DNA of 64,000 bases from Hemiscyllium ocellatum (GCF_020745735.1 NC_083412.1:61284320-61348319); one strand, 5' to 3'. Counted from the stretch's first letter, positions 23,581 to 36,994 are shown. Made by a program: numbers and translations. The notes: generated by a model not told the origin, from the sequence alone.

Positions 23581-23829
23581 CTAGCCAGAGACACCTGTAC
23601 TGCATGAAAGAAAAGGAGTGGCTGTGAAGTGAAACAGCTCTCAAATCCAATTTGTCAAAGGTTTTCAAATATTGCAGTTAATGTCACCTGCATGAACTTT
23701 TGCAAAAGAAATTGAACTCTTTTTTAACTCTGCCTTTAAAGTAGTTGGTTTGGAAGAGGATCCCGAATATTGATTGTTGGGAAGAGGAGTGGTTATCTCA
23801 CTCAGGGCTGGCATGTGACATTATAAGCT

Positions 23830-24014
23830 GGAGACGGTGAGGACTGCATATGCTAGAAAGTCAGATTCGATAAAGCGAGGAGCTGGAGAAAGTACAGCAG
23901 GTCAAGCAGCATCAGAGGAGCAGGGGGAGTCAACGTTTCTGATGAAAGGCTCTGACCTGAAACGTAAATTCCCCTGCACCTCTGATGCTGCTTGACCTGC
24001 TGTACTTTTTCCAG
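23830..24014. mobile_element. Fold-back Penelope pseudo-LTR pair with hammerhead core in the loop
   Basis: Arms ~23883-23939 and ~23959-24014 are reverse complements; apex CTGATGAAAGGCTCTGACCTGAAACGTA. Confidence 0.85.
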
Positions 24015-24636
24015 ATCCACACTTCATTGACACTTGACATTATAAGTCCATCTTTGAATGTAATTTTGATTCTGATTGGGCGGGGGAGATTGGTTTCAAT
24101 TGCATGTGACCAGCTGCTCATTTCAGCTGTTTTTATTATCACAGGTGGCCACTTAATTCAGGCTCAATTAAATATAATCAAATTCAATTATTTTTTGTTC
24201 TGCGAAAGAAGAAATGGCCGTTTGAAGAAGGTGATTTGAAGGAGAGGATCTGCAGTGTTGCCAAGGAAAATTGGAGGCAAAGGAAATTCTGGATGGGCCG
24301 TTGTAATTTCAGCATTTTAAAACATTGGGGTAAATGACAGCATGACCTATGACCAAAATGACCTTATAGGTTGCTCTATGGGAGAACAAAAATTATTTTA
24401 CATTTACATTTATGTAATGCAGCATTGCAAAATATTGCGAAGGTATGCCAGTAATTTTCATCAAGGTTTTGTTCCGCAATTTAAAGGTTCAACTGGCATT
24501 TCTTAGAAGCACATACATTTCTTTGATAGTTGGTCATATGTACACGAAGCAAAGGATTTTGTGTTCTGTTACAATGTTTTAAAATATTTATGAATACAAA
24601 ACCTTAATTTGGTTGGGTTGGGTGGTGGTAATGGCA

Positions 24637-24842
24637 AAAGTGAAGACTGCAGATGCTGGAAACCAAGGTTTAGATTAGAGTGGTGTTGGAAAAGCACAGC
24701 AGGTCAGGTAGCATACAAGGAGCAGGAAAATCGACGTTTCGGGCAAAAGCAGGGCCTTCTGCCCGAAACATCGATTTTCCTGCTCCTTGGATGCTGCCTG
24801 ACTTGCTGTGCTTTTCTAGCAGCACTCTAATCTAAACCTTGG
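24637..24842. mobile_element. Fold-back Penelope pseudo-LTR pair (87-bp arms, 6-nt loop)
   Basis: 24663-24749 is a near reverse complement of 24756-24842; apex lies in hammerhead stem II (GGGC...GCCCGAAAC). Confidence 0.9.
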
Positions 24843-26839
24843 GTTATGGTAATGGTTGCCATGTTTAAAATATGCTGAGTTCCGGCAAAACAGAGGTTCA
24901 ACAGTGGACTTATTAGCTTGGAATTTGCAGCAATGGCTCCTCATAAAGAAGTCCTTTGCTCAGTTTGATCCTCCAGCACTGATTGAAAAATCAAAATTAA
25001 ATACTCTCAAGGAAGTGGAAGGAATTTCTGCAGGGGTCCTTATGATTAGCCACTCTTCAACAGCAGGTAAACTGATATTCCATTTAAATTATTCACCATT
25101 TTGTTGATCTTCCACCAAAATGATGACAGTTACTTGGGAGAACCTCATGGAAATTCTTAGTGATAGTGTCTTTAAAAAGCAATAGAGCCTACACGATTGA
25201 CAGTAAGTGTTTAGATCTTAACTTTGAAAACCTAACAAAAGAGGGAAAATATTTTTCATTATACTGCAATAAAGATTGGAAAATAAAAATAGTTTCTATG
25301 AAGAGTTTTGTATCCACCAGGGAGTCTTGTACATGAACCATATCCTAGTTACATTCTTTGAAAGTATCTTTATTTATCAATGTTCTAATGGAGGTTTTTA
25401 TAGGTATATTGAGAAATCTACACAAGGGAAATAGGAGAGAAATGACTTAATACTTTCACCTTCTATATAATGAAGAAAATGGAAAACAGTATAGTATATT
25501 TCCTTTGAGGTAATGGGAAGGCATGGAAAATAATTTGGTACATTGGAAGTTTACATAATATAGTAGACATAAATGAGACAAGGTCTCTCATATGGGAATT
25601 ATATCATGGAAAATTGGAATACATTGGAAGAACAGAATGATAGAAAAGTGTCTGAAAATTTGTGACATTAGAACTCAAATATAATTGCACCAAATAGAAA
25701 ACAATTAGAATATTGGAATTATTTGAATTCATCAGTAATGAAAAATGATTTTCTTAATGTTTCTTTTTCTGTTCTGAAACAAATCCAAGTTTGAGCTGAA
25801 AGGTGCCAGATGATGTTTCTTGTATAAAAGTTGGGCATGAGTATAAGGCAGGAGTTCCTATTTTGCTCTTGTGCCAACTCTTCAAATAAACTTGTTGATA
25901 GCAAAAATGTCACCCCCTGTGGTTTGAACCTTTATGGATTTCTATGTTATCAAATCAGAAAATAAGCATTTTGTCTTCCTCACTTTTTTTTATGGAAACA
26001 CTCCCTCATTGTAATCTTGTTCAGCTCCTGGATGTGATGTAACAGAAGGACCTTCAATTCTGAAAAGCAAACATCTCTGAGATTCTGTGTTCTATAATTT
26101 AATGCAAAATTGCTTGGAACATTTTGATATAATCAACTCAGCATTTATTCAAAATGACTATTTTATACATGTAATTAACTAACAAGTATTAGATAATTTA
26201 CTCAAGAAGGTTAATTACAAGAAGTTTAATTTTATTTTCTCCCTTAATTGGTTTACCCATCCATATTTATAATATTTAACCAATGTACAGCAAGATGTCA
26301 TATAAGAATAACATCCAGAAAATATATTTGGATCTGACTTTGAAATTTGGTTTTACTGAATATGCTTCATGCTAGTTTGTGAAATCTTAAATGGTTTCTT
26401 TCTTTGATTTCAATGTGAACATCATTCTCTACGTGCTCTACGATTACTCAATCCATTGTTTGCACAGTCCAAAGGAGTGTGGGTTAGGTGGATTGGCCAT
26501 GCTAAATTGCACATTCAAAAACTAGAAACAACACAACTTGTAACCAAATCCTGGCAGCAGTAAATAAAACTGTTGAAAAATAATCAGACATGCAACATGA
26601 CCTCAACTAAAATTGCAATTGTTTTGATTAGCTTTGCATGTAGATGTCCTCTACCAAGCTGACATCAATTGCAGACAATATATCCAAAATGCCCGGAACC
26701 CTTTGCTACATATAAATCTCTTTAATAAAGAAATAAGCTAAAAAGAAGCTTACTTTTCCTCCTTTATGCAATAAATCCTGTTGGTGCGTCACCCCTTAAA
26801 ATGATACCGAGGCATTCTTTTCACACTGATGTCAAAAAC

Positions 26840-26980
26840 CAGAAATCACGCAACACCAGGTTATAGTCCAACAGGTTTGTTTGAAATCACAAGTTTTCAG
26901 AGCGCTGCTCTTTCATAAACCAGTTGGACTATAACCTGGTGTCATGTGACTTCTGACTGTGTCCACCCCAGTGCAACACA
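26840..26980. mobile_element. Fold-back relic of a second Penelope-type pseudo-LTR family
   Basis: CACCAGGTTATAGTCCAAC ... GTTGGACTATAACCTGGTG inverted; same family at 38366-38485 (+) and 57735-57816 (-). Confidence 0.75.
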
Positions 26981-27879
26981 TATGATGTCAAAGTGGTTTG
27001 GTGAAGACTCAACTATTTCAGAGTTCCTTGCTGGTTTCTTTAGACCACTTTGCGGTTTGGAAACTGAAGCTTTAAAGCTCGGGCTACATTACATGAAAAT
27101 CAATCATGACAACTGCTGCAATTTATAAACATGCGTAAATATGTGGCGGTGACATCACCTTTTGTATGTGCTGCATTCTATAGTAGATTAATAATATATA
27201 AACATTTGACAGGTAGAAGCAATCTCCCTATAGCTCATTCGTCAGGATGTTAAAGGAGCAGATTCCAAACATATCCAAGTCTGAAGGCTGTGTGTTCAAG
27301 CATTGTTCAGCTCTTGAAGTTGAAACTTCTCAGCACATCACAGAGAGTGTACTTCATTGTTGAAGATGCCGTTGTTCCAAATGAGATTTTACTGAGGACA
27401 GGTTTGCCTTCCCAAATTGCCCTAAAATATAATGTGGCATGTTAGAAAAGAAAGAAGCAGGAAGCCCTGATACACCTTGACACACTTATTCCACAGCCAA
27501 CATCAGTGCAGATTAATTGATCAATTGTCTCATTACTACTTGCGGATCATTTTGTGTGCAAACACATTAACCTATAAATCCACAACAATGATATATCAAA
27601 AATAATGCTTTTCTGATAGCTGCTTTTGAAACTGAGGGAGTATGTGTATGTCTGTGCATATTTGTGCATTTAGCGATTTTAACCCAAAGCAGATTCAGAA
27701 ATAATGTTGATAGGTGCTTAAAGTCGTGAGAGGACTTATTGCTGTATTTCTGATACACTAGTACTAGTAACCATCAACATTCCCTGTAAGTTGTGTGACT
27801 TGACAGCATTTGGGAGGTTGGTTCCACACATACCAATTGGTGTAACGCCATTCCAGAAGCTGTAACTGTGCACAAACCT

Positions 27880-28690
27880 CAGAGATCCAAGCAGTAGAAA
27901 AACTCATTAGAGGGAAGTTTAGACATGCAGCATTCAGAAATATCTTTGAATGAGTTTGAATCATTTCGGGAACTCCCAAGAAGTACAAAATGATTTAAAG
28001 CTTTCCTTTCTTTCTTTAACAACCTCACCTAAAAACTATCATAAAACATTTAAGAAAAAGATTCTTTTGAAAGAAAAGTAACTGGAATCAAGCAAACTTA
28101 AATAAATTATAAGGGACTGCCTATCGAATAGATCCCATGGGATGTTTGTATCTGTATTTGATGACTTGCTTCCTTCCTCAAGCAAGAGGAACAGAGAAAC
28201 CAAACAAAATCTGTAATAGCTGCATTAGGATGTGATTTAAATTATTTTAATGAAGCTACTTCTTATTTCCTGACATTCTGTGACGGAATTGAAAAAGCCA
28301 ATATCAGCCTTAATCTTGGAGAAAAATGCCTCGTTTTTACATAATGCCACACTTTCTGTTGTTTCATTACTGGTGTCCTGGTTTTCATCTTGCATCTCCA
28401 TAATTTCATCACTATTTAATTGTTTTGAAGTATTTGCTTTTACTAGCAGGTTGAGAACTGGGCAGGACTTCTGTCATGTTTCAATAATTGGTCCTAGGAT
28501 CATAATTATGTCATAGGATTTCAATTTGCATGTATTCCAGAAGTTCCTGCTTGCCTCTAGAGTAGCTTCAGGGAATTTTGAAAACTGCATGTCTAATATA
28601 GCAACTAAAAGAAGCATATCAGGAGTCTGGGATAAGTCCCCTCCTGTAACATTAAGCATTCGTCTGTTTTGTTGCTGATTTTGCAATGAG
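27880..28690 (-). pseudogene. Possible ancient hAT transposase C-terminal fossil
   Basis: ~150-codon minus frame with one stop: LLLVAILDMQFS (cf. LAxxLDPRFK), acidic linker; downstream FPK*FKLIQRYF and SFSTAW resemble the hAT dimerisation domain. Confidence 0.35.
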
Positions 28691-29779
28691 TTAAAATTTA
28701 TCCTTTAAATTTAAAAACACATACATACATTACCCCATTCCCACAGCAGTTATTGAAAAGGGAACCTAATATTTTTACTTTTTGTAGTAGAGATTCTGAC
28801 AAAAATGTTTACACCCTACATCCCCATTGCTTACTGAAGTTGGCGAATGACTTAAAAAGGGTCAATTCTGGCTTCTCGCTTATCAAGGTCTGTGATGATC
28901 ATAGTTAAACTTCATTTTGAAGACGGTTCTAAACATGGACAATATTATCTCTTTAAGAATGAACTAGAGCTGCTGTCTTATTGAGGTGACGATAGTTCTC
29001 TTCTGTCACCTGCTACAGGAGGCCACATATTGTCTAGCCATCCTAAATACCTTCTTACACCCTGACTAACCTGAACCAGATGTTCTTACTTGCTGTTTGG
29101 TGTGCTAATTGATTTAATAAAGCAAAGTATGTCTATTGTTTTAGCACAAATAAACACTATGTTGGAATAGAGTTAAAGGTTATTCAATTAAACCCCTTAA
29201 GTGTGACTAATTAACCATTCACTCAGTCTTTTACAGTAAAACTACTATGTTTGGATCCAGGCTATGCAGGGACAAGCTATAACTTTGATGGATGACTGGT
29301 GGTTTCAAGTCATTACTATTTGTCCTGCTACCATAACAATCTGACAGGCGCTTTGGGACAATTCACCTGCTGGGTTGGGGAGAAGAGAACAGCTGAATGT
29401 TGACGTTTTGCAGTGCTGCTCAGGCACAGGAATGGATTGAGCTGTTGTGCAACAGCAGCTGATTAAGAAGCTTTTTTGATATTATAAATTAGTAGACCAG
29501 CGCAATTCTCAGCAGCAGCATTGCAAAAGGTTTCCCAATCACAATATGAAAAGTCAAAACATGTCAGCATAACAACGTTAATCTGAACGATATCCTGATT
29601 TATATTTTCAACAGCTTTCATTGAAAAAAAATCCTTTGCATACCCAGCATAAAAATATAATCTCTAACTCAGTGTGACTTGTTCCAACTGTGCTATACAT
29701 CCACAAATTAACGTTTGTTCGCATATGGTTATTTATCCTGAAACTTAAAATCCATGACTATTCTGCATATTCCTACCAT

Positions 29780-29970
29780 AACAACATATTTTTCTCTGAA
29801 ACAACAGAAAAGAATCTGATCATTTGTATGTTGCTGTTGAGCCTTTCTATAAACAAGTGGGTTGCTTTGTTATCTATGCTACAAGAGTGAACCACATTTC
29901 AAAAATGCTTCATTGGCTGCATAGAACTGTGGTTCATCCTCAAGGTGTGAAAAACATTATATAAATATAT
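29780..29970 (+). mobile_element. DeuSINE 3' relic
   Basis: CTACAAGAGTGAACCACATTTCAAAAATGCTTCATTGGCTGCATAG...TATATAAAT tail, similar to 14150-14235. Confidence 0.5.
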
Positions 29971-32900
29971 TTCTTCCTTTCATAACTTGAGCATGTATCC
30001 CCATGAAACAGTGGAAATGAAAATGTGACCTGGATGTACCAATTCCCAGCCGATCATTTCTAGATGATGTTCTGGATTCAGATCCTTGACTCATTTTAAA
30101 AAATATCTTAAAGGACAAATGATTTAATAGCCTGGGCCCTCAACGAAACACAGCAGCCCCTCACCTACTTGCATTTCATGAAAACACATGTCTCAGCTCC
30201 AATGTAATGGCCCACCCTCTTGTATCTCTTAAGTTGTAGTTTTTGCTATTAAAACATTTAAAGCTACCCTTTGCTGCAGAGTTACTTAGAGCTGAAACCT
30301 CAACCCCCTTAAATATGGACACTGGCAGCTACAATGCATTTTCCAGCATTATCAGCAAGGAGCTGCCTCAGGTGTGTCTGGAACCTGTAAAGGCCATGTA
30401 CATTGTGAAACCTTTGCTTGACCACACAAGCATTGACAGAGTAAGTCGAAGGGGTTTAACAAAGACACGTCCCTGGACAATGTCCAGCAATGCACAGTCC
30501 GCAGGTCTGCTGCAGCCTTACATTTTATAATTATATTAAAGAATTTTACAATTCTTTTTACAGAAAGAAAAATCCTCCACTATTTTCTTGGGAAAAATTA
30601 AATAATGTCAATACTATTTAACTTGACTGCTTTGTGCCAAGACACAGACCCATTCATCAAGCCTTCATTTTTTCACACATAATACACAAACATAAACTAG
30701 AGAATTGTGCTGCCTTTTTTTTGGTAAATCTCAGTTGGAATTCCTTCAAACTTTAATTTATTTTCCAATTAGCGCAATGACTAAAGGCAGTAAATAAATT
30801 CACTTGCATCACACAATTCAGTTGTTTAAAAGGCACAATTCCAATGAAATCTTAGTACAAGCTGTTTGATAAATTTTATTTCAGTAAGTAATTTCATTGG
30901 AAAAAGGGTCATGATGCTCATAGGCATTTTGTTAACATTCTTTACATGTGTCTTTGAAAGACATTTCCCTCACGTAATTTTTCTGGCTAAAATCACTGCT
31001 TAATTCTAAATGATGGGAGTGGATGGGGTTTCTATCATGAACTGAAACTGAATAAAAATAGAATTCATAAATTTAAAAGCGAATTGTTAATTTCAGCAAT
31101 TTTGCAATAACTTTTCCCCTACCTGGAAGGTCAAACCATTGAATTAAATTTGGATCCTTATTAATATTGCAAGAGAATTGGATTATTTCAGGGTAGTTTG
31201 ACATTTTTAATTTTACTAAATCAACATGCATTCATTATTCAAAAATCATTTAAAATCAGAAGAGAAAGAAAATAAAGTTTTATGTACAATTTATTTCCTT
31301 TACAGTTTCGAATTTATCCTCAAGTTCTGCTAATAATGTTAGAACTTATACGTAAAGAAAACAGATTCAGTCAATGGAAAAAAAAACTTCAGAATCAACT
31401 GGAACTACCTATCCTGTTTGCACTGAATTTTTGCTGTTATTATCAAACTCAAAGACTGGTCGATCTTTGTATGTGTTATTCATTTTCCTGTCAGTAGTTG
31501 GGTAGAATTTTGTTTTGCTTTGTTTTTAGGAATTTGCATCTGCAATTTCCATTTCACAATTTATACCATCTAGAATCATTTGATTCCTAGAGGAAAGTTT
31601 CCACTGTATAATGTGTGTGCAGTATAGTTTACAGGGTTATCTTATTGTAGCCAAGCTGAATATTAACCAAGGAGCCACATTGAAATCATGCATAATTTCC
31701 ACATACTGCTTTTTTGGCTCAAGCTGTGGTTTGAGGACATGAAGCAATGTTACTATATTCAAAGGAAAGGGGAAGGAGAAAGAGAAGAAAAAATTATGAC
31801 CATAACCACAAGCAAACATGTTCCAAAAATCAAGTTTGATCAGGATTGATGGCATATCAGGTATTGTTGAAAAACCCTGAATAATGTAGAAACTGCTTTG
31901 CCAAGCAATACTTTATTTGGATCAGGATTTCAGGAAACATGACATCAAAAACCAACTCACAAACTTCAGTCCATGGTTTGATTACTTATTTATTCAGCAA
32001 ATCAATCTAAAGAAAAGGAAAGAGAACATTCAACTTCCCACAAAAGTGGCTGGACTCTGTGATAGCTCAGTATTCATTAGTAGTCTGAAGTTTTGTAGTG
32101 CAAATGCTTAGATCAGCAATGTACATTCAATTGTTCTAACTTAATGAGGAATCACAACATGCTGGATAATTGAAATCATTGACTAAAGTTGAATTCACAG
32201 TGCATTTGTTTTAAAATGGCTGCATTGGTTTGATGTTCACAAATTTGACCCTTTCTGCTGGCATGTTAAGTATGGTGAGAAAAGTTGACATATTATGTTT
32301 ACAAACATGTGCCATTTATGTAAAATAAGTTTCATTCAAAATTAACTTATAGTGAACAGTATTCTATGAATCCAAAATGCCTATAAATTTACCCTAATTC
32401 AGCATGTTTCCCATGTCAGTCTGAGCTGTAAAGAGATAATGCAACTACATTATCAAGATGCCTACTTGATGAACTCGTGCTCAAGTTATCTGAAAAGTCC
32501 CAACCAAGCAATAACCTATATCATAACCTCTGGCTCCAGTTTTTGCTACAAGTTTTTCTTTCACTTTATTTTGCAGAATTTGATCTTATTTTTGTGTCTT
32601 TTTATATTCTCTCTTGTGTAATTAAAACATTTTTTATACAGCAATTCATGCCTCATTTTGGCACAACTTTTGTTTCTTCACAAAACCCATACCATATTTT
32701 TGACAATTATATCATGAAATCTTTTGTTATTTAATCTTCTCCCAACCTTTATCCTTCTACAGGACTTCTGCTTTGTTGTTCCTAATCCTCAACCCACACT
32801 GGCCTAAAGGTTCTGTGTTTATGTCCCTTCAAATCAGATCATTAACTTGAAATATTAATGCTGTTCATCTCCACAAATGCTGCCTTTTTTTTCAAATATT

Positions 32901-33289
32901 TTTGCTCCTTATTTAAGATTTGCATAATGATCAGTAGTTTGCTTTTGTTTTAACCTCTCCTCCTTTAATAGTACCTGTTGTTCAGAGGAGGTCCAAAAGT
33001 ACAGTAGTAAATTCCCTTCATCTAGGCCAGACGCCAAGATCTACTGCAGGATGATATGGCCATGAAATGTTCATAGTACAACCAGGGTGATTATCAATCT
33101 GCAAAATTTCCAATGTGCCTATGGCAGACATTAAGACCAAGAGAGTTTCGTGGTCAACCGGAGTTTATGGTAGCTTCAGTGTAAAAAAACCTCCCTATGG
33201 AATATATATGTCCACACACCTTTATGCCATCCTCCTTCTGAGGAACTGGCACAAACACACATATGTTTGTATCCCAACATTGTAGATGA

Positions 33290-33985
33290 AGAGATTTGAA
33301 TTGAATAACGATCTAGACTTAGAATGTAAGCCCATGATGAACATTTAACTACTTTCAATTGTTGTACAAAGCCAGCCAGATCACTAATGCTCTTTAAGGA
33401 ATGAAATCTGCCACCTTTACTTGATCTGAACTACATGTGGCTCTGGACCCGCAGAAAAGTGGTTGACCTTAAATGGCCTAGCAAGCTACTCAATTGTGTC
33501 AAACCTCTACAAATTATAAAGAACGGAATGAAGTCTGACTGACCATCTCGCATCAATCTCAGCTCCTCAACAGACAATGATTTACTCAGCCACATCAACC
33601 CGTACAAAATCTTCCTGGCTAATGCCAAATTGGGAGAGCTGTCCTTCAGACTAGTAAATTCCAGCCTTACATAGTCATACTCAGGGAATTGCATCTCACA
33701 ATGTCCCAGAAACCATTCTTGGATATGTTCTGTCCCACTCGTAGAACAAAACCATCAGAGGTGGCAATAAATAGTATACTATTAGAAAGAGTTGCCTTAG
33801 GAGTGATCAGTATGACTCTGGACCCCATTAAATCTCATGGTATCAGGTTAAATATTGCTGAGGAAAACTCCTGATGCTTTTGACATACTGACCCCCTTTT
33901 GGCTGATGAATCAATCCTCTCCACATTGAACACCACTTGGATGATATACTTAAGGTGGCAGAGAAAGTATTTTGGGTGGGGGACA
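33290..33985 (+). mobile_element. Old LINE 5' region with APE endonuclease relic
   Basis: KLGELSFRLV...IVILRE, Y*PPLADESIL, EHHLDDILKVAEKVFWVGD. Confidence 0.65.
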
Positions 33986-35251
33986 CATTGTGCCTGTTTA
34001 ACCTCAACAAAACAAGTAACTGCCACTTGTTGATTTATCACTCAGTGCAGTTTCATGCCAAATCAGAGTCAGCCTGTTTCATTCGAAATTTAAATAAAGC
34101 CAAACATTTAATTATCATTTTGCATGACAATGCTTCTACCAATTGGAGTCCATTTGTCAATCAATCAGCACTTTCCCTTTATCTAGAACAAATGTTCGTT
34201 TTTTTTTCCCTCAAATTGGTTTTCTTGTGAATTGTCCAAGACAAAGATTTTCAACAAAATGTATCTTTTTTCAGCAACGCTCAAATTCTGTACTAATAGA
34301 TGACCATTTGCTAATTTTGCGAGAGGTGATCTTGTGGTACAATGGATCATGTCCCTGTAACTGAGCAAGAAGATCGGGGTCCAAGTCATTGTCCAAGAAA
34401 CAGCCAGTAAATCCTTCCAACATACACCAGTGGCAAGCAGTAAGAGCAGAAGAAATTCCTGAGCAACCATAAGATAGAAAGAATACCTGATACTCTACCA
34501 TTACTATTCATGACTCCAATCTATTGCATGCAAATAAAAGTGCATGTGGCCCAGCAACTCAGAATCCTTGGGATGGCCATTGGCATAGTAAATTGGATGG
34601 CCAGTGGGGATCAGTGTGGAATGGATTCAGGATCTGCCTCATTGCACTACCCATTTTCAAAGTTGTGGTGTGATGAATCAAATCTGCCATTGGCCAGAGA
34701 ACTGAAGAACACGACGGTATCATTAACATTTCTCACTGCATTAGAGAGGAGTCCTGAGGCAGGATGAAGATGAAATTTATTATCCATACCTTGTTCTTTC
34801 ACATGATTCTTGAGAGCTTGTTGCTCACACCCATTTTGCTTTTCCATCCCCAGTTTGATTGCATGGGAGGCCCAATGTTGTAACCTACCAACAATAGTAA
34901 GACTGCATTGCCTCAAGCATTCAGTGCAGATGTGTCCTTCCTCAATTTCTTATGATCCGTGAACTTTTATGTTCTTTGGCACTTCAGATGCCTTGCGCAA
35001 TAGTGTGCTCACATGATTTTACTCCAAATTGTCCCAGCACCAGTCCAATGTAACTCATTCAATAGTTTCTCCTCTTAAAGCAGCATGGTCATGTCCAATA
35101 TGCCTTACCCCTTATCATCATCAGCCAGAAGCAGCAGATCAGCTTTCACAAATACACTGATAAAGCCCAACATACCCTCTCATTACTGACTTGAAGATTA
35201 CTGCTATGCCTCCACTGCCTGTCCAAAATCAAATCCAACTCAAGTTAACTT

Positions 35252-35566
35252 GGTGGGCGGCACGGTGGCACAGTGGTTAGCACTGCTGCCTCACAGCGCC
35301 TGAGACCCGGGTTCAATTCCCGACTCAGGTGACTGACTGTGTGGAGTTTGCACGTTCTCCCCGTGTCTGCGCGGGTTTCCTCTGGGTGCTCCGGTTTCCT
35401 CCCACAGTCCAAAGGTGTGCGGGTCAGGTGAATTGGCCATGCTAAATTGCCCGTAGTGTTAGGTAAGGGGTAAATGTAGGGGTGTGGGTGGGTTGCACTT
35501 CGGCGGGTCGGTGTGGACTTGTTGGGCCGAAGGGCCTGTTTCCACACTGTAAGTAATCTAATCTAA
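35252..35566 (+). mobile_element. Young full-length HE1/V-SINE-type SINE
   Basis: GGGCGGCACGGTGGCACAGTGG (A box), GGTTCAATTCC (B box), TGGCCATGCTAAATTGCCC core, GGGCCGAAGGGCCTGTTTCCACACTG tail + (TAATC)n. Confidence 0.95.
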
Positions 35567-36119
35567 AGAAACTTTTCCTGTGGCTCAACGTCAGAATAAA
35601 ATGAGACCATCCTTCTCCACTCTGAGTCAGCAACTATATAAATCTGATGGCAAGCAGCTCTATCAGCTCTCAAGCTGAAATAGATAGTGAACAATTTGTG
35701 AATACTGGTCAAGTCTGAGATGAAGTTTTCATTGCAGGTCTGCTCCCTTGTTCACTTACATCGTCATTACCAGTTATTGAAGTCCTGACCTGCACCTTTG
35801 TCAACTTAAGAAGTAGCTTCTCAATTGCTCACTTTCACTATCAGCCCTGTTTTCAACCTGCTTATTTGATGTGAAATACTGGGTGAAATGTTTATCGAGG
35901 CCAATTGCTGGGAACAGTAGAGCAAACAGGTTTGTTTCTTACACATTGTATAGCAATTTAGGTCATTTTTATCTATTAAAGGTGCTTTGGAAATGTAAGC
36001 TGTTGCGATAGCTCGTAAACAAGGGAGGCTATCCATCCAGCCCCACTGTGAAACTATATCTGCTTTTTCTTCAAATCAGATCTTTCACGTACCACCAGTC
36101 ATGCTATCACTTAAAAAAA

Positions 36120-36255
36120 AGCCTAAAGTCTCATCCAAAAGATGATAGCTCCAATACTTCAGATTGCCCTTTAGTACTGAGCCGAAATTTTAGTTCATGC
36201 ATTATATTTAAAACACTAGAGTAGGTCTTGAACCAGTTGCTGCCATTTCAAGCTA
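36120..36255 (-). mobile_element. DeuSINE 5' relic
   Basis: Reverse complement has GGTTCAAGACC B box and CAGTACTAAAGGG...TCTTTTGGATGAGAC. Confidence 0.45.
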
Positions 36256-36704
36256 ACATCTATTCATAGTGACTAGTGCAACAGTCTCATATGAACAGAT
36301 AAAAAGAGCAATTTTTTTGGTCTTCCTTCTTTTGAATCAGAGTGAAATAGGCCTTTAATTACATTTTGCCATGGATAAAATAATACAATAGGAGACATTA
36401 TTTTAAATTACAGGGATGCAAAAATTTAATCTTAAACACATGCAATTCTTAAGCTTTAAAATATTAAGAAAACAATGGACTGAATTTTCATGGTGCCTGT
36501 TCCAGCATGGCTCAGGTCAGTCTTTCTCACACAATCTTTCAGTCTTCACCTCCATAATTTTATAACTGAGATGTTTGGTGTCCTTCTTGCACAGTTAGAG
36601 AAATGGAACTGTCTGGACCTCTCTAACCTCAGGCCATTGGCACCCAGTTGCACACCATTCCAGATGCTGCAGACTGGAGCTGTCCCTGACATTGTAGGGC
36701 TCCA

Positions 36705-36910
36705 CCACATAGCCCAAAAAGGTGAGTGAGCTCCTAATTTGGGGGATCTGGAGCTGGAGGTGCTGGTGGACAGAGAGGTGGAGAAGAGGGCCATCTTTTT
36801 CCTGCACACGACCAAAGGAGGCCACACCACCAGACATAGCCAGACTGGACACAGAGAGTGTCCTGGGTTAAATGGAATGCCCAGCAGTACAAGAAGAAGG
36901 TCAATGCCCC
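36705..36910 (+). mobile_element. Harbinger-associated Myb/SANT-like (NAIF1-like) gene fossil
   Basis: KGE*APNLGDLELEVLVDREVEKRAIFF resembles the R.PRFS..ELEVLV..V..R...LF N-terminus of Harbinger Myb proteins. Confidence 0.55.
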
Positions 36911-36994
36911 ACAGGGATATGTGCCACCAGTTTCCCTCTGCTCCCACCCACTCCCAGGATCTGCACTCACACCTCTCAGGGCTACTGTAATCAA

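Noticed and set aside
25340-25760. Purine-rich stretch suggesting a viral or Maverick fossil
   Set aside because: No sustained frame or diagnostic motif could be read.
35252-35325. tRNA genes
   Set aside because: The A/B boxes are SINE heads that continue into the SINE body and LINE tail; they are not standalone tRNAs. The same applies to the other copies.
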